A stretch of DNA of 63,846 nucleotides, the filler included, from Reticulomyxa filosa (taxonomy: Eukaryota > Protista > Foraminifera): NCBI GenBank assembly GCA_000512085.1. It is 20 parts of 20 records of this genome, joined end to end, with 100 filler letters (N's around TTAATTAATTAA, not from the genome) between each part and the next. Parts side by side here need not be neighbours in the genome. Positions count along the whole stretch, not along the records: positions 34,575 to 41,204 come from ASPP01010750.1; positions 41,305 to 42,964 come from ASPP01019674.1; positions 43,065 to 46,075 come from ASPP01002103.1; positions 46,176 to 53,760 come from ASPP01025550.1; 16 more parts are not named here. One strand, 5' to 3'. Below the pieces are notes generated by a model that worked only from the letters and a program-made list of their open reading frames with translations, did no database searches and was not told where the DNA came from. The position numbers and the translations under genes are program-made. This document shows, one piece after another, positions 37,601-52,600 of the stretch (the stretch's first letter is position 1; every line of letters starts with the position of its first letter).

Positions 37601-40600
37601 TAGACCAGATATTGGCTCTAATTGCCATGTTCACAAAACATACGTATATACATATTATGTAATATATTTTTAAGTTGAACAATAGATAAAAATTTCAATA
37701 AAAAACATATATGTGCATTAACCTGTGGCCAGTCTTTTGAATCTCTTTGGCCATTTTGGCCAAAATACCGAGAAGTTGTTTTTTTGGATCGCTCACTGGG
37801 CAATGGGGTTGGTTGGAACAATTGGAGATTGATTCCGTCCTGTTCGATTTTGGGGAGTTCATCATCCAACATCGAGTTGCGTGCTGAAGAAGGCACGACA
37901 ATGGAAACATTGAGTGTGTTGGTATTTTTGGCATGTAAGTCTTTCGTCATTCCAATGACTGGCGAAGAAGCTACTCGTGTTATTCCACTGGCATGAGGAC
38001 TTGTCGTTTTGGCGTCAATTGCTGGAATCGCAATCACAATCGCATTTGAATTTGTATTTGCATTTGCATTTGCATTTGCATTTGCATTTGCATTTGCATT
38101 TGCATTTGTATTTGTATTTGTAGTGGGCGGATGGAGATGTAATTGATAGAAGCAATCCATTTTATCTTCAAAGTTCCCAGATTCATCATTGCTTCGTATG
38201 TTGCCTCCGACATATTGGATATAGCCCAACGACTGTAAGTGCCGTGCTAGTTTCACTCCAGCCAAACGATTGCGTATGTAATGTTTGGATTGCATCCACG
38301 TGATGGCATCTCTGCCAATGAAGCAGTCATTCATCACTTGACTCTCGTACGTGCGCGTTTTGATTTCAATTTCTTTGGACATTTTCTGAAGCATGGTTGC
38401 GTAATCAGGGATTTGTCTGCCTTTTTTTTTTTTATTATTATTCGAGTTTCCTTTTCCTATCAGTTTGTTATCAGTGATAGTGATGGTATTGGAATGCTTG
38501 TGTTTTCACTATCAGGTTTGGTTGGATCGTCTTCTTTTTCTTGTTCTTGTTCTTGTTCTTTTTCATTTTGCTTTTCCTTTTCCTTTTCCTTTTTCTTTTC
38601 TTTGGCGGCCCTTTTTTCCATTCGATTGCTGTTGACAGTGACCACTCGATTTTTCATCAAGTTTTGCAAGGAGTAGGTTTTGCGATGTCTTTGCACGGCC
38701 AATGAAATGTCACTATCATCGAACGAAGCTCTCTTACCGTCATTGCCGTTCTTGCCAATGTCGCTGGCGGACATCTTTTGTTGATGATACAGCTGCAACG
38801 CCGCCAATGATCCTCTCTTAATTTCCATCTTTGGCGATTGCAACTGGTTTTCATTTCTGCTTTGGGACGACTTGGCTTCCAACGACGCCACATTCCCTTC
38901 CTCGCGAAACTGGCTAATGCCAATGGTCAGTCCACCCACCGCCGTCGCTCGTTTCTGCATCGTTTTCTTTGCGTTCGCCGCGGCCGTCGCTGCTGCGGTC
39001 ACCGCCCACAAATCGGGTCGAATTTCCTGATACTTGAATTCATTGTCCGAGTCATCCGTCCCTTCTCCATCATCGTCATCGTCTTCCTCCGATCCAGCAC
39101 TGTTCACAGTGCCAACGCTGGTCACCGGTTCTAGTGGTCGCTTATCTCCTATTCCAATTCCTATTCCTATTTCTATTCCAATTCCAATATCTTGTTCCTC
39201 TTCTCTTTTCTCCTCTCCTCCTGATCCGGAGGGAGCCAGGTAGGGTCGTGTATCCAATGCCACTGTCGGACCACTGAAGGACGTGATCAAGTCGTGGCTT
39301 TCCTCGTCCTTGGACAGTGTCAGCTGCGTCATGCTCCCCCCTCCGAGTGGTGCGATGCGTTCATTGAATTTCTTCGTCAACACGCTATCATCCACTTTGG
39401 TTTGTATTTGTTGAAAAGTAAAAAAAAAAAAAAAAAAAATAGTCATGCAAATGTAATTAAAGCATTTGTTATTCCATAATTTTTTTTATTTTAAAAATAT
39501 ATACATATATACCTGTTTCCTTTCCTACGCCTTTATGCTTGGCCTTGGCACTTGTCCTGCGTTCATTGTGTTCGACATCGCTGGACGAGCCTTGTGAGGT
39601 TCTGCGATCCGCGTGCGACGCGTCAGTCTGTGGTTGGTCGAGTGCACTGGCAACCGTGTGTGTCGCTTTCTTCGACGCCGTCTTATCAATATCCGGAGCA
39701 AAGGCACGAAGTGAAATGCGTTCGACGGGGCCAAGGGACGACGAGCGTTCCCCGAGTATAGACGAGCTCATTTTGGGTTTTTTGAAAAAGCCAGTGGTCC
39801 CCACGGTCGACGCGGACGCATTCGAATCGATCATGCTGAGCAAGTTGCTGTTGCTGCTGCTGTCGTACGTGCCTGGGACGAGGGTGAGTCCAACAGCGGT
39901 GGCGGCGGCGGCGGCGGCGGTGGTGCTCTGTGGAGGAGAAAAGTCAAAGCCCGCATGAGCCTTGTTACTCAACGAGTTCTTCTTGCTTGCGTTGGCGGCG
40001 ACAGCGGCAGCTTGTGTGCCCGTTGGACTAATCAGCTTCAGTGTTGCATCGATGTGGTCATCTTCGACGGGACCGCCAAAGTAATACAAAAACGTAGCAA
40101 AGTCCAATTGTCCTTTCGGCCTGTTGATTGCACTCATTGAACTGTTCTTGCCCGAATTGCTCGGCGTGTCATTGCGACGAGTCGAAAACAAATAAGACTG
40201 CTTTCGTTTGGAGAGGTCAGGCGTGCTGGAGGACGCTGCGTTGGCCACCTCTTCATCTTGCTCCAGCTGTCGGTTTCGCTCGTTATGAGTACCTGGAATG
40301 TTGCAGTTCATCGTCATTTGTCGAAAGAACTGCTCGATGCGCTTCAGCTCCAACGCCTTCGCATCCACGTCCACGCCGTGTTTCTTTAGCATGGCTATGA
40401 ATTGGTCATAGCCCAGCGTCTCGTCTTCGCCGCGCTCGTTTAGTGTAAACAGTTGTCGTAGCAATTGAATGCGTTGTTGGTTGCGTCGGAACCATATTCC
40501 ACCCCCTTGTTCCTTTTTTTTTTTTTTAAAATTTGTTGTTAATTAAATTGATTACATATATGTACATATATATATACATATATATATATACACAAAATGA

Positions 40601-41156
40601 TAATACATACAGTGTTCATTTGTATCGTTTGACTAAGCGAGTCTTTGCGCTCCATTGGCAATTGCGGTGTAATTATTCCAACATCATGCCGAAATGTAAT
40701 TTCAGGGATTGACGAAGAGTTTTCATTGTCTTCGACGTCTTGGTCTCGCCGTACTTGACCTCGAGGATCGACGTCGATTTCATCATCGCCATCAATGTCT
40801 TCTTCTTCGTCATCATCGTCATCGTCATCGTCGTCATCCTCCTCCTCCTCCTCCTCATCGTCGCCCTCGTCGTCACTGTAAGCGTGGTTCTTCTTCGCTA
40901 TCACTTCACGCATCTTTTCAATTTCCTTTTCTTTGTCGTTGTGATCCCAAACTTGCTCTTTCTCCTCTTGTCCAAACTGATGGAGCTTGCCCATACTTTG
41001 CACCCGTTGCTTCGGGCTCACTGCTACATAGGGCGATTTGGGCTGTTGTCTGCCAATTATGCTCTCACGACGAGGGGAGGTATTTTCCAGTGCTCTCCAC
41101 AGTGACCCATCGATATCCATTGTCCCACTTAGACTTTCTTCCTTTTCTTCTTCCAC
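34604..41156 (-). CDS. Large spliced gene: acidic/low-complexity N-terminus, EF-hand-like segment, two DEP domains, calmodulin-like EF-hand block, multi-pass TM C-terminus; partial at both ends
   Basis: DEP1: IKTRTY..DCFIGRDAITWM..LQSLGYI..FEDK..FY (38130-38394). DEP2: GTAIVDWI..AIVLAQQMVQNGMI..FVDSNDDFYYF (37420-37620). EF loops DKTQRGALDRKE, DTHNNGLIDYRH and NTKGTGFITLEE (36400-36900). Many hydrophobic helices at 34604-35530. Consecutive exons are separated by GT-AG introns. Confidence 0.75.
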
Positions 41157-42149
41157 TTCTTGGTTTTGATTTTCTTTTTTTTTTTTTTTTTTTTTTTTAA
41201 TATCNNNNNNNNNNNNNNNNNNNNNNNNNNNNNNNNNNNNNNNNNNNNTTAATTAATTAANNNNNNNNNNNNNNNNNNNNNNNNNNNNNNNNNNNNNNNN
41301 NNNNTGAACATTGATGGCACCCTTATGTACAGTTTTACATTTTGAAACTGTACGCTCGATTTTATGTTTAAAGCCATCTCATCTTTTTTTTTTTCAATAA
41401 TTTTAAATTATCTCACGGTGTAATTTATTTTTTTTATGGTTGGATTTTTTTTTAATGACGGATTTCGCATGTTTAAAAGTTTTTGATGAAATAATCTTGA
41501 TAAAAAATTTATTTTCAAGCCGTTGTTAACACAATACATACATTTTTATATTTCAAAAGAAACAAAGTAAAAAACTAAAAACATCTCGCATAATGACATT
41601 AAAAAATTTGCTCACTTCTCATCGAAAAATTGTGTTTTAAATGTCAAATCTATCTACGCAAAAACAAAACAAGTTCATAATTATTGTCTAAGAGTGTTTT
41701 TATACACTCCGTATACGTTTAACAATTATGTTACCGTCTGATGAAACACATATGCTCCATATCGTTAATCTGAATTTGAGATTTATTCAATAAAAAGTAC
41801 AAATCAAAGGTTTGTTTCACCTTAGCCAAAAAATTTTGTACAAGTTTTATCATTCACACTAATTTTTTAGCTGTTTAATTCATTTTATGAAATACTATTG
41901 AATTTCTTATTCAACTTTAATTCTGATTAAGACTTTTTTCATTGACAACGTATTTATTGCATTGTCTTTTTGTTAAAAAGCTATAAAGTCCTTTAAATCC
42001 AAGTTAAAAAATTAAATTAGAACTCCAAAATTTTGTTGCGTGGGAAAAAAAATAGTGCTGTCCTGCCCGAGGGGTCTTTTGGTTTGGTCGACAAAAGAAG
42101 AGACAGTTGTTCACCGCATGTCAAAAGCTTAAAGCTGGAATAAAACTAA

Positions 42150-42910
42150 ATGCTCTTTATTACAATGGATAAATATTGGTCAAGATGGTACAATTCACGA
42201 AATATAGCCGTCTTTACGTTTTCCTGGTGTTTTTTCGCATTGGTTCTTGAATTCGAGATCGCACTGAAAATCTTTAATTTTGGCCAGGTCAATTACGCTG
42301 TAAAAATGACACCTGTGTCAATGACAACAAACAATAAGCATGAGAAAGAACAAGATAAGAGCTTGAGCGACGTTTCCTCCAAGTCAAGCAACCAAGTGAA
42401 AAGAAGGAATTTGGAAGGATGCATTCCGTCCATTGGTTTTCCAACAAAGCCTCTTCAAGTGAATGATCTGCCATATGTATGCTGGAACATGGTTCATTTC
42501 AATGAACTGTTGGGAGAGTGTATGGTAAACAAATCGATCAAAGACCCAGAAAAATGCGAGCCGTGCATGCCCCCCAAAAATATGGACACATTACCAACGT
42601 GGTTGGCGGTGATGACACAAACTGTGGTTGATAATGAGCGAAAGTACCGTGATCAACGAAGGCGAGAACTGTCAGAGTTAATCCGTTCCAATAAAATAGT
42701 CCCTTCTCCTCATGGCATATTGCTTATGGTCCTGAATTGGGGGTACAAGCACTTGTTTTTGAATTGGCTTTGTGGACTCAACGCTGTATCGATCCCGAAC
42801 ATTCAGCAAAATACGCTCATTATCGCCTCCGATCCGGAATCTTTTGCCCTAAGTCATGACCGGCTAGGGTTCCCTACCTTGAATGGCAGATGGATTGAAG
42901 GAGAATATGT
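42150..42910 (+). CDS. Type II membrane nucleotide-diphospho-sugar transferase (GT77-like), 3'-partial
   Basis: N-terminal TM anchor, a stem region, then ILLMVLNWGYKHLFLNWLCGL...TLIIASDPES. Confidence 0.65.
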
Positions 42911-43558
42911 GTCAGTTTCGTGCGTCCACATACAATTTTTGTTTGTTTGTCTGTTTTTATTTTTNNNNNNNNNNNNNNNNNNNNNNNNNNNNNNNNNNNN
43001 NNNNNNNNTTAATTAATTAANNNNNNNNNNNNNNNNNNNNNNNNNNNNNNNNNNNNNNNNNNNNTACTAAATTGAAAACTGAGTTCATTAAATTCACTTA
43101 CTTTAAATTTTATTTAAACAAATTTTTTGGTAATTTTTTTATTAGATTTGTAACAATAAAAAGTTTGCATAATCATATAAGGAATGTCTGCATAGTAATT
43201 AAACAATGTTCATCAAATAATCCAATATAGTTGACAAGAATGAAAGCAGGTTTGATTTGTGTTTATCTTTTGATATTCAGAATATGTCTATTTGGAGACT
43301 AATGAAATCTACATATCTCCCAATTTTGTGCCCTTAACTTTTTGCGGAATTTTTTTACAAAAATGTGTTCTGTTTAATATAAATTTTGAATGTGTGATTT
43401 GATATCTCGAGAGAACTTAAGCAATTCAAGTGGTACATTTATAAGCCAAATTACATTGAAAAGAAAAGAAAAGAAAAAAAAAAAAAAAAAATATTTATAC
43501 TCAAAATCGATGCAAATAATAAAAATCAAAATTTTACTTTAGTTTGCGAAAAAATAAA

Positions 43559-44754
43559 TTATCCCCACAATCGAATCGTTTTGTCGTTAGATGATGATAC
43601 AATTATATTACCATCTGGAGAAAAATCTACCCCTCTAACGCCAATGGAGTGTCCTTCCAGTCGTTGTAATTCTTGACCTGAATGTACATTCCATAAGCGA
43701 ATGGTCGCATCATCTGAGCATGATACAATGGTTTGATTATCAGAAGAGAATTGTACATTGCATACACCGTTGGAATGTCCTTCAAATTTGTTCACCTCTT
43801 TTCCTGATATTGCATCCCATATCCGAATTGTTTTATCTCTGGAATATGACGCAATGAAGCGGCCATTGGGTGAAAATTGAGCTCCTTCACATAGGACAAA
43901 TGGCCTCCCAATGAATGAACCCTGGCACTGGTATTGACATTCCAAACTTCAATTTTGGTATCATCTGATGAAACCACAACATGTTTACCATCGGGTGAAA
44001 ATTGTACATCATACATTTGATATAAGTCGGTATGTATCCTCTTGATCTCTTGTCCAGATTTCACATCCCACAACCGAATTGTTTGATCCCATGAGCATGA
44101 CACAACAGTATGACCATCTGGTGCAAATTGTGCTTTCGTGACACGATTGGAATGTCCAATCAATCGTTTCATTTCTTTTCCAGATGTTACATCCCACAAT
44201 CGAATTGATCTATCCACAGATGATGACACAATCTTGGTACCCTCTGGAGAGAATTCGGCATTATTGATCCAGTCTGCATGTCCTTTCAATGTTTGCACTT
44301 CTTTTCCAGATGACACATCCCATATTCGAATAGTCCGATCGTCAGAAGATGAAACAATTCTGGCACCATCCGGTGAAAATTTGGCACTTGTGACTTGTCT
44401 CGAATGTCCTTTGAATACTTTGAATTGTTTAAAGCACTTTACCTGTTTGATTTGTCAAATTCTTTGCAAAAAAAAACACAAATCAAAAAATCATGCAAAT
44501 TTATACTAAACATATCGCGCAATAATTTTGTTAAAATCATCGACCCATCCCCAGTATATAAATTGAGAGCGAGTCCAATTGTTTACAATGATCATTGTCT
44601 CTTGTTCACTCTGTTTGTTTTTTGTTAAAAAAAAAAAATCAAATTTGGTACTCTTAATTTATCTCAATGATAAGCCAAAGGTCATGCATACCGAATATAT
44701 CGATTGTACTTTTTTCTGACCAAAAGAGTTGTCTGTTGACTTTTGTTTGTCCAT
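43559..44754 (-). CDS. WD40-repeat protein (7 repeats) with a short N-terminal W..WGW helical module
   Basis: ATG at 44754, exon IVNNWTRS..WGWVDDFNKIIARY, then WD40 repeats to DKTIRLWG*. One frameshift near 43890. Confidence 0.88.
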
Positions 44755-45410
44755 GCCTCCACTGAGTCCAGTTTTACCAAAATGAAACAATAATTCAACA
44801 ATAAAAGAGCTTGCAATGCAAGGTACTCCATTGTCAAGCCGCTTCAACGAACAAATCGGATTATAAACGTTTTTACTGCATAATCTCTGTTTGTTTCATT
44901 TTTTTTTTTTTTTTTTTTTTGATACGATGGGTGATCATGAAACAAAAAACAAAGGCTAACGCCGAATTCCCGTTTTAAAGATTTAATGTCGGTTATAGAT
45001 TGTGTCGTCATCTTTATCTTTATTTCTCAATTAGGGTTGCCTGCTGCCTTAACGAAGGCCACAAAGAGATGCGTATGGATACAGGGAATAAAATAAAAAA
45101 AATATCAACTTGAATTTTTTTTTAATAAAAAAACCATCGAACAACTTCTTTTGTCAAAGTTGTTTATTTTGCAAATGCTCTAGCTTTGTTCGGTTTAAAA
45201 ATAAATAACATTTTTTAACATCATCTCTTTGAGCAGTAAGTAAACTTTAGAGGAATCTTGACAAAATTTTGTTAAAATATGCACACCTCAAAAAGCATTT
45301 GAAAAAGGTTGAAATAAGAGAAAGAAGGAAGACAAAGTGCGAAGAGGGGAGGAAGGAAAAAAGAAAAATAAAATAAAAATAATTGCAAAGATCATTGTAA
45401 TAATCTACTA

Positions 45411-46075
<665 letters not shown>

Positions 46076-46669
46076 NNNNNNNNNNNNNNNNNNNNNNNNN
46101 NNNNNNNNNNNNNNNNNNNTTAATTAATTAANNNNNNNNNNNNNNNNNNNNNNNNNNNNNNNNNNNNNNNNNNNNGTAAAACATTAAATTATGTTTTGGT
46201 TAGAGTAGATAATCGATGGGTGGACACAGTTCCATCCAATACATTTTTTTATTGCAACAACTTTTTGTGTCATTTTGTTCAAATTCCACATTGAAATTTG
46301 CAATTGCAAGTACACAAACCATAAAAAGATAATTCCACATTTTACGCAATTTCTTTACACCAATATATAATCGCATCAAAGTAAACAAGAATCAATAATG
46401 TAATTTTTTTCCCCGTTAATCTCACGCAATGAAACTAAAATACATACAAAGAAAAAGGAACAAAATAAATACTAGTCAATTTGTTCCAAACTATTTTTAT
46501 CATCGAAAGGGATTGGGTATATTTACTTTATGAAATACAAAGGATAAATTAGTGTTTTTGAATATAATTCAATTATACATCTGAAAAGTTAAAATTGCCA
46601 CATATCAATTTAAAATTAAGAAATGAAAAACAACAATAGAATAATCTATACAATCTCAGTAGTGAGCCA

Positions 46670-49600
46670 TATTAGAACCAAAGCAGTTTCATCACTGAAA
46701 GTAAAGACAGCCTGTTGAAACGCGATTTTGTGTATTTTCGACAAGACTTGAGTGTTGACAAATAATCGGCAACCACAATTTGCATACATATACTTGTTTG
46801 AATGTTGTACTCTTGTGAATCGCATCTCTTGCCTCTTCTTGTTTTAATCCAATACATATTTCAAATAACAAAATATTCGAAATGTTAAACAATGGTAATC
46901 GTGTTTTTTTGTCAAATTTCTTTGATGAACCATTTACGTCTCTTTTCGATGAGGAAACTTGTGTTCTATTGTCGTTTTCAATCTTTTTTTTTTGCGACTC
47001 ACATATTGAAACAAGTGCAGCAATTATTCTGCCACACTAAAATATCAAAACATCCTTTTGGAGATATGTCATCATTTTATGTAGTTTAACCCTTATATCC
47101 TAAAGTTTAATCAATTTTTCACGCTCTTTATTTGTTATTTGGCTATTCCGTTTCAGAATCGACTTGAAGATGAAAAGATACTGGAAATGCAATACTTTCT
47201 TGTAATGATTTGTGGATTCTTTGATCATATCAAATCTCACAAATTTTATGCAATTGTCAAAATAGTGTTGCTTGTCCATGATCTTTTGTTACAATACGGA
47301 GATTGCCAAATATTTCTGTTTCATTGACAATATTTCTTCAAAAAGGATTGGAGCTCGTTTCTGTTTTGACATTTGCAGAAGCTTCAATATTCGGGTTAAT
47401 GATTCAATATGCATATTTTCAAAGTCTTCTGATATCCAACGAGTATTTTTTTTTCTTTTTGGTTTCCGCTTTGTTCGATGATACTGTTCTTGCAAAATAA
47501 TCTGTTTTTGCAGAAATTATTTCTTTTGCATTTTTGATTAAGTCCATTCGATGTTGGCTTTGCCCATCAGGAAAGGTAATACTCGTTTCAACATTTTTAT
47601 ACGTGTCTTTTTCTTCTTCTTCATTTGAGGCTCCACCATTTGCACTGACTGTGGACTTAGCGTGTTCTAGTCCTTGTGAAAATAATACATTAATTCAAAT
47701 TGTTTAGAAAGAAGCACAAAAATAAGCAATGTTCTTTTAACTTCAATCTTCGTTCAGATGCATTCGAATCAATGAACCCAATCATTTCCTGCCAATTTTA
47801 CTTGACGACGATACAACAGTTTTTTTACATTGAAAAAAGCAGTCCAATCATCGATCAAATTACAAAATATTTTCCACCAAATCAAACATGAAAGTCATAG
47901 CAATTATATTTTGGAAACGTTTTCATGTATCTTTGGTGTGTTAACATCTGAAGTCATATACTGTATAATTACAAATTCATGTAAAAAGCAGCGACTGATG
48001 TTTGACCAATTATGCAAATTGATAAGTTGGATTGGGTGAGCAAAAGTAGTGCATGTCATCTGAGTATTGCAAATATATAACAATGCATTGTCACTAGTGT
48101 TTTGTTTCCATACATATCATCTATAATCACCCATAGTCTTGATGAGATACATGTCAGCACCTTTTTGTGGATACATTATATTCATATTGTCTTTTTGCTT
48201 CTCCCGTAAGTTCCTACTTCTTGCACGATTCATTATTACTTGTTATATTTTTTGATATAGTCCACGTGTAACTAATACGATTGATCGGTATGTTTGCTTT
48301 TTTCTATTTCTTTTTCTCTTCTCTTAATCTAATCTTCTTCTTTATCATCTTCTTTCTTTCACTCCAAACCTAAAGTACATCACTCTACAATAAAAGGTCC
48401 ATGTTCGCATTGTTTTGATTAAGACATATTACAACAACCGAAAATATGATACAAATAATATATACCTTCGAATAGAGCACGTTATCATTGTCATCCTCTG
48501 TAGTCACTCGCGATACGGGTCACATTTTAATACAGGCAGTGTAATTGTAAATTGATTTTCAATTGACCAATTTGTGAAGCCAATCCCAAGATTGCCGAAC
48601 CTGGTTCCGATTCAGTTGTCAGCCGTGCTAATAAGTTCAATATTGACTGCATACGCTCAGATAAGCCATAAACAGTGCCCACCATCTGCTTTTGATTCAG
48701 TCAAGATATGACAGTAACGGAATACATATCATGTGCCAACTCTGCTTTGAACAAACTATTAATAACACTAACGCTTTCACTTGAATATATTTTTTTTTCA
48801 ATTTACATATACAGGAATAACACACCAATTGTAAATTATTGAAAAAAGAGAAAGATAATTACTTATTCCGAATTTAATTCAACCAATTGGCCTTTTTCTC
48901 ATTTTGATGGCGATATTTGGACACCCAGGATTTGGCCTTGTATTGTTTTGAGTGTAATGTTCAACTCGTAAGCATATAAATGTCAATAATGTGGAACATC
49001 TCTTCGAAGCGTATCAATACTTTGTAATACTTATCCGAGCTCGCACGAATCTGCCTAAAATTTGCAAATAGACAAAACTGAACTCTTTGGACAATATGGT
49101 ACAATTGTAGTCAATTTGGACATGATTCCAGAAATAGCTTGGAAGCTCAAGTTGTTCACTGTGCATTCTTTGTCCGACAAACGAATATACATGTAAATTT
49201 TTTAATTAATTGAATTGTGTTGGCCCAGGAAAAGCTTTTATTGAGTATAGAGCACGAGAACTATCAAAAGCGCATTGTTGATATTATAAAATTAAAGCAG
49301 ATTGAATTGAATGTATGTCCATAGGAGTTGTATGCAAACAACGAATAAACGCTTGTTCCTCTGCATTGATAATTCCAGATGTCGGTATCGGCACAAAAGT
49401 TTGAGACAATGGAACAGCAGTTTGATTGAACACATATGAATGAAAGCGGTGATATTTTAGTTGTATTGCAATCATTGCTGACTTCTTACAATAGTTTACT
49501 TGGATATTTTCATTACCTCGAACCGCATATACAAAAAACGAATCCCAAATTGAAATATTAGCCACTGTATTCAATTCTTCTCCAAAGACTGATTCAATAC

Positions 49601-52600
49601 ATTTGAGATTTTCAATTTTATCACCTTTTAGCTTGCTTATATGCATTGCCCAGTCCAACACTCTTTGTTCACATCGCTTGCAAAATTGAAATTATTCTTT
49701 TCTTCGTTCTCGCAGTTCAATTTCTATAATGTTATACATATGTTCAGATTTGTTTTTTTAACAATCACACATAAAAAAAAATACATCTTAACTAATGTTG
49801 TATCCTCGTGCGCAGGATAGACATCATTTTTTTTTCAATTTAAAAAAACAACTAAAAAATTACCTTTTCAAATATAATTTTTTTCACTTTTTATTCTTTT
49901 TTTCACTTTCATTTATTTTCTTTTATTTTCTTTTTCATTTATTTATTTTCTTTATTATTTAAAAACATTCTTTTTTTTCTGTACTTTTTTTTTCTTTTTT
50001 CTTATCACTTTTTTATTTAATATTCTATCTTTTTTTTATTACTACCTTTTTTTCTTTATCTCCATCTTATTACTTACTTTTTTTTCCTCCATTTATTACC
50101 CAATTTTATCCCCTTTTTTCACAAACACTATTTTAAGAAAAAAAGTACATACATATACGTGTTTTTGTGCGCTGGATATCTATATACACAAAAACAAAGT
50201 TACACTTTATAATTTTTTAAAGAACAAATAAAAAAAAATATTTATAACTATGATAAGTTGATTACAATCATTTTTTTTTTACTGTGCAAAACACTTCAAG
50301 CCATTTGTTTTTTTTTAGGTAGTGGCATAAACAAATACAAATTAAATGTACATATATATATAATTTTTTCTTTGAAGGGGGAATTCCTATTTCATCACAA
50401 GTACAATCAAATTTGTAAGAAAACAATAAATAAATATAAATACACAAACCTTTTTTTCTTTTTTCGGAAACAGTGTAGATTTCAACCCCATTTATTTTTG
50501 TGTGTGTATATAGTGGGACATAAGTGGCACATCTTTGCGGGCGGGGGAACCTATATTATAAAGCATACAACATTTGAACATATTCAAAAAAAAAAGATCA
50601 ATAAAACAAACCTCTTTTTCTCCTTTCGGAGACGGGGGTGGTTTCTACCCCATATTCTTCTTTTTTCATTTTGGGATGTGTTCTATTGTAAATAAACACA
50701 AACCATAGTTATAAATTGAACATAAATAAAAAATAAAAGACTTTACCTTATCTTGGTGCTTCATATTGCAATGCACCGCTCGCAATGCAACTACAATAGT
50801 ATGTGGTGGTACTCATTCATTCTTCGAGGCTCTTCCAATCAAAAAATTATTTGTTCACATTGTCTGCCATCGCCTAGTCCGTGAGTGTTTCCTATACACA
50901 AGCAACAAATAATTTATATTATTGCAACGGCAATAAAAAAACAATGAAAATAACTTGGCAACATCCAGGGATATCGTCGACGTTTTGGATTGAGCTATTG
51001 TGACGAATTATTCACGTCATTGTTGCCAGCAAATGATTTGCACGGTTGAGTGTAAATGTTTGGATGTGACTAGGAGCAGTGTGTGGAAGATACTATTGTT
51101 TGCAATTCGAGTCAATTTGCTCATTGCGTGCAATATCTTGCGCTGACGGCTAAGTGCCTTTAAAAACCACGAATTTAAGGATTGAGTGCTGATTTGCATA
51201 AAAGAGGATGGGCACCACGACCGACTTGCTCGTCGAATGCGTTGTCGTCCGGTCTCCTCATTTGCGCTAATAGCACCTCTATCATTAAAGGCAGATTTTT
51301 TGGGCCACAGAATGACAACTACTGACTTTCTGTCACATTGTACCAGTAATTGTAGCTGGTTGGACAATGTGTTAAAGTCTTTGTCATCAATCCATTTTCC
51401 ATTCAACAACGGCACCGCGTAGTTCAACTATCAATTTTTGTTTATTTGTTTATTGTTAAACAAAAAAAATAAAGTAAAAAAAAAAAGAATTTAACATTGC
51501 AGCATTGGGCAATACTTTCAAAAAAGCCAGCGAAATTTGATATTGGAATTCCATTGGATTTGACAGCGAGCGACATTGAAAAAGTAAATCTGCCTTGGCT
51601 GCAGATAGTATTGGATGTTGTAGATGGGACAATTGATCGCAAACATACTTGCTCTTGACTGTTGCACGCTCTATTCGACAGTAGCATTTCTTCTACTTTG
51701 CCATTTGTCAATACGCTATTAATTTTGTTTTTAAAAAACCTTTCAAATCAAATTCATAATATACAGAATACATTCTCCTCCTTATTATCTATTGCGATAC
51801 GTACACCTCTTTTTTTCAAGAGCATTTTTTTTCTATTTAATCTTTCTATCACTGTTATTTACCTGAGTGTTACAGCTTTGTGGGTCAATTTGTAGATCGT
51901 CGATGATATATGTGGTGTGGATATGAATATGTTCATAGACAATGTTTTGGTGTGCAAAATCTTCTTGGAATGATTTAAATTTGTAACAAGACTGCATCGG
52001 AGAATACGTATGATTTCAATGTTTAATATTAGTGACTCATTGTTGACAATTTGCACTGCCGATGAGCATGCCATATCGTTGTAGAATTGTAGACATTGCT
52101 CACATTTCCACACGTAGTTGGCTGATCGGTTGAGCAACTGGTCACATGATATTATCCATATATTTATATTGCTGTGTTGATTGAAGTGTACTTGTCCGTT
52201 CGTCTCTCTGCAATTTCTTGTTTTCATATTATTTGAGTTTGACCTCACCACAAATGCATTTAATGCATGCATTGCCAGCAACAATAACAACGATTTCCTG
52301 CTGCCAGAATAACACTCAATATTTTCTCATTTGTTTGCCTCCCCCACCAAGTACACTGAAACGAAAGGACGTCAAACGGGTAATATAAAAATAAAAAAAG
52401 TTTGTGACAAACGAATATATTTGTACAATTTTAAACGGGAGCAAACGATTTATAGAAATGCCAAGTTGATTTGAAAATACAATTTGCTATGTTTTGTATA
52501 ATTTAATGCAGAAAAGTTGATCTTTTTACTAAAAAGACTAAATTGATTTAAAAAAAGCATAACATCCGATCAAAAAACAAAAAAAAGTTAAATAGAAAAA

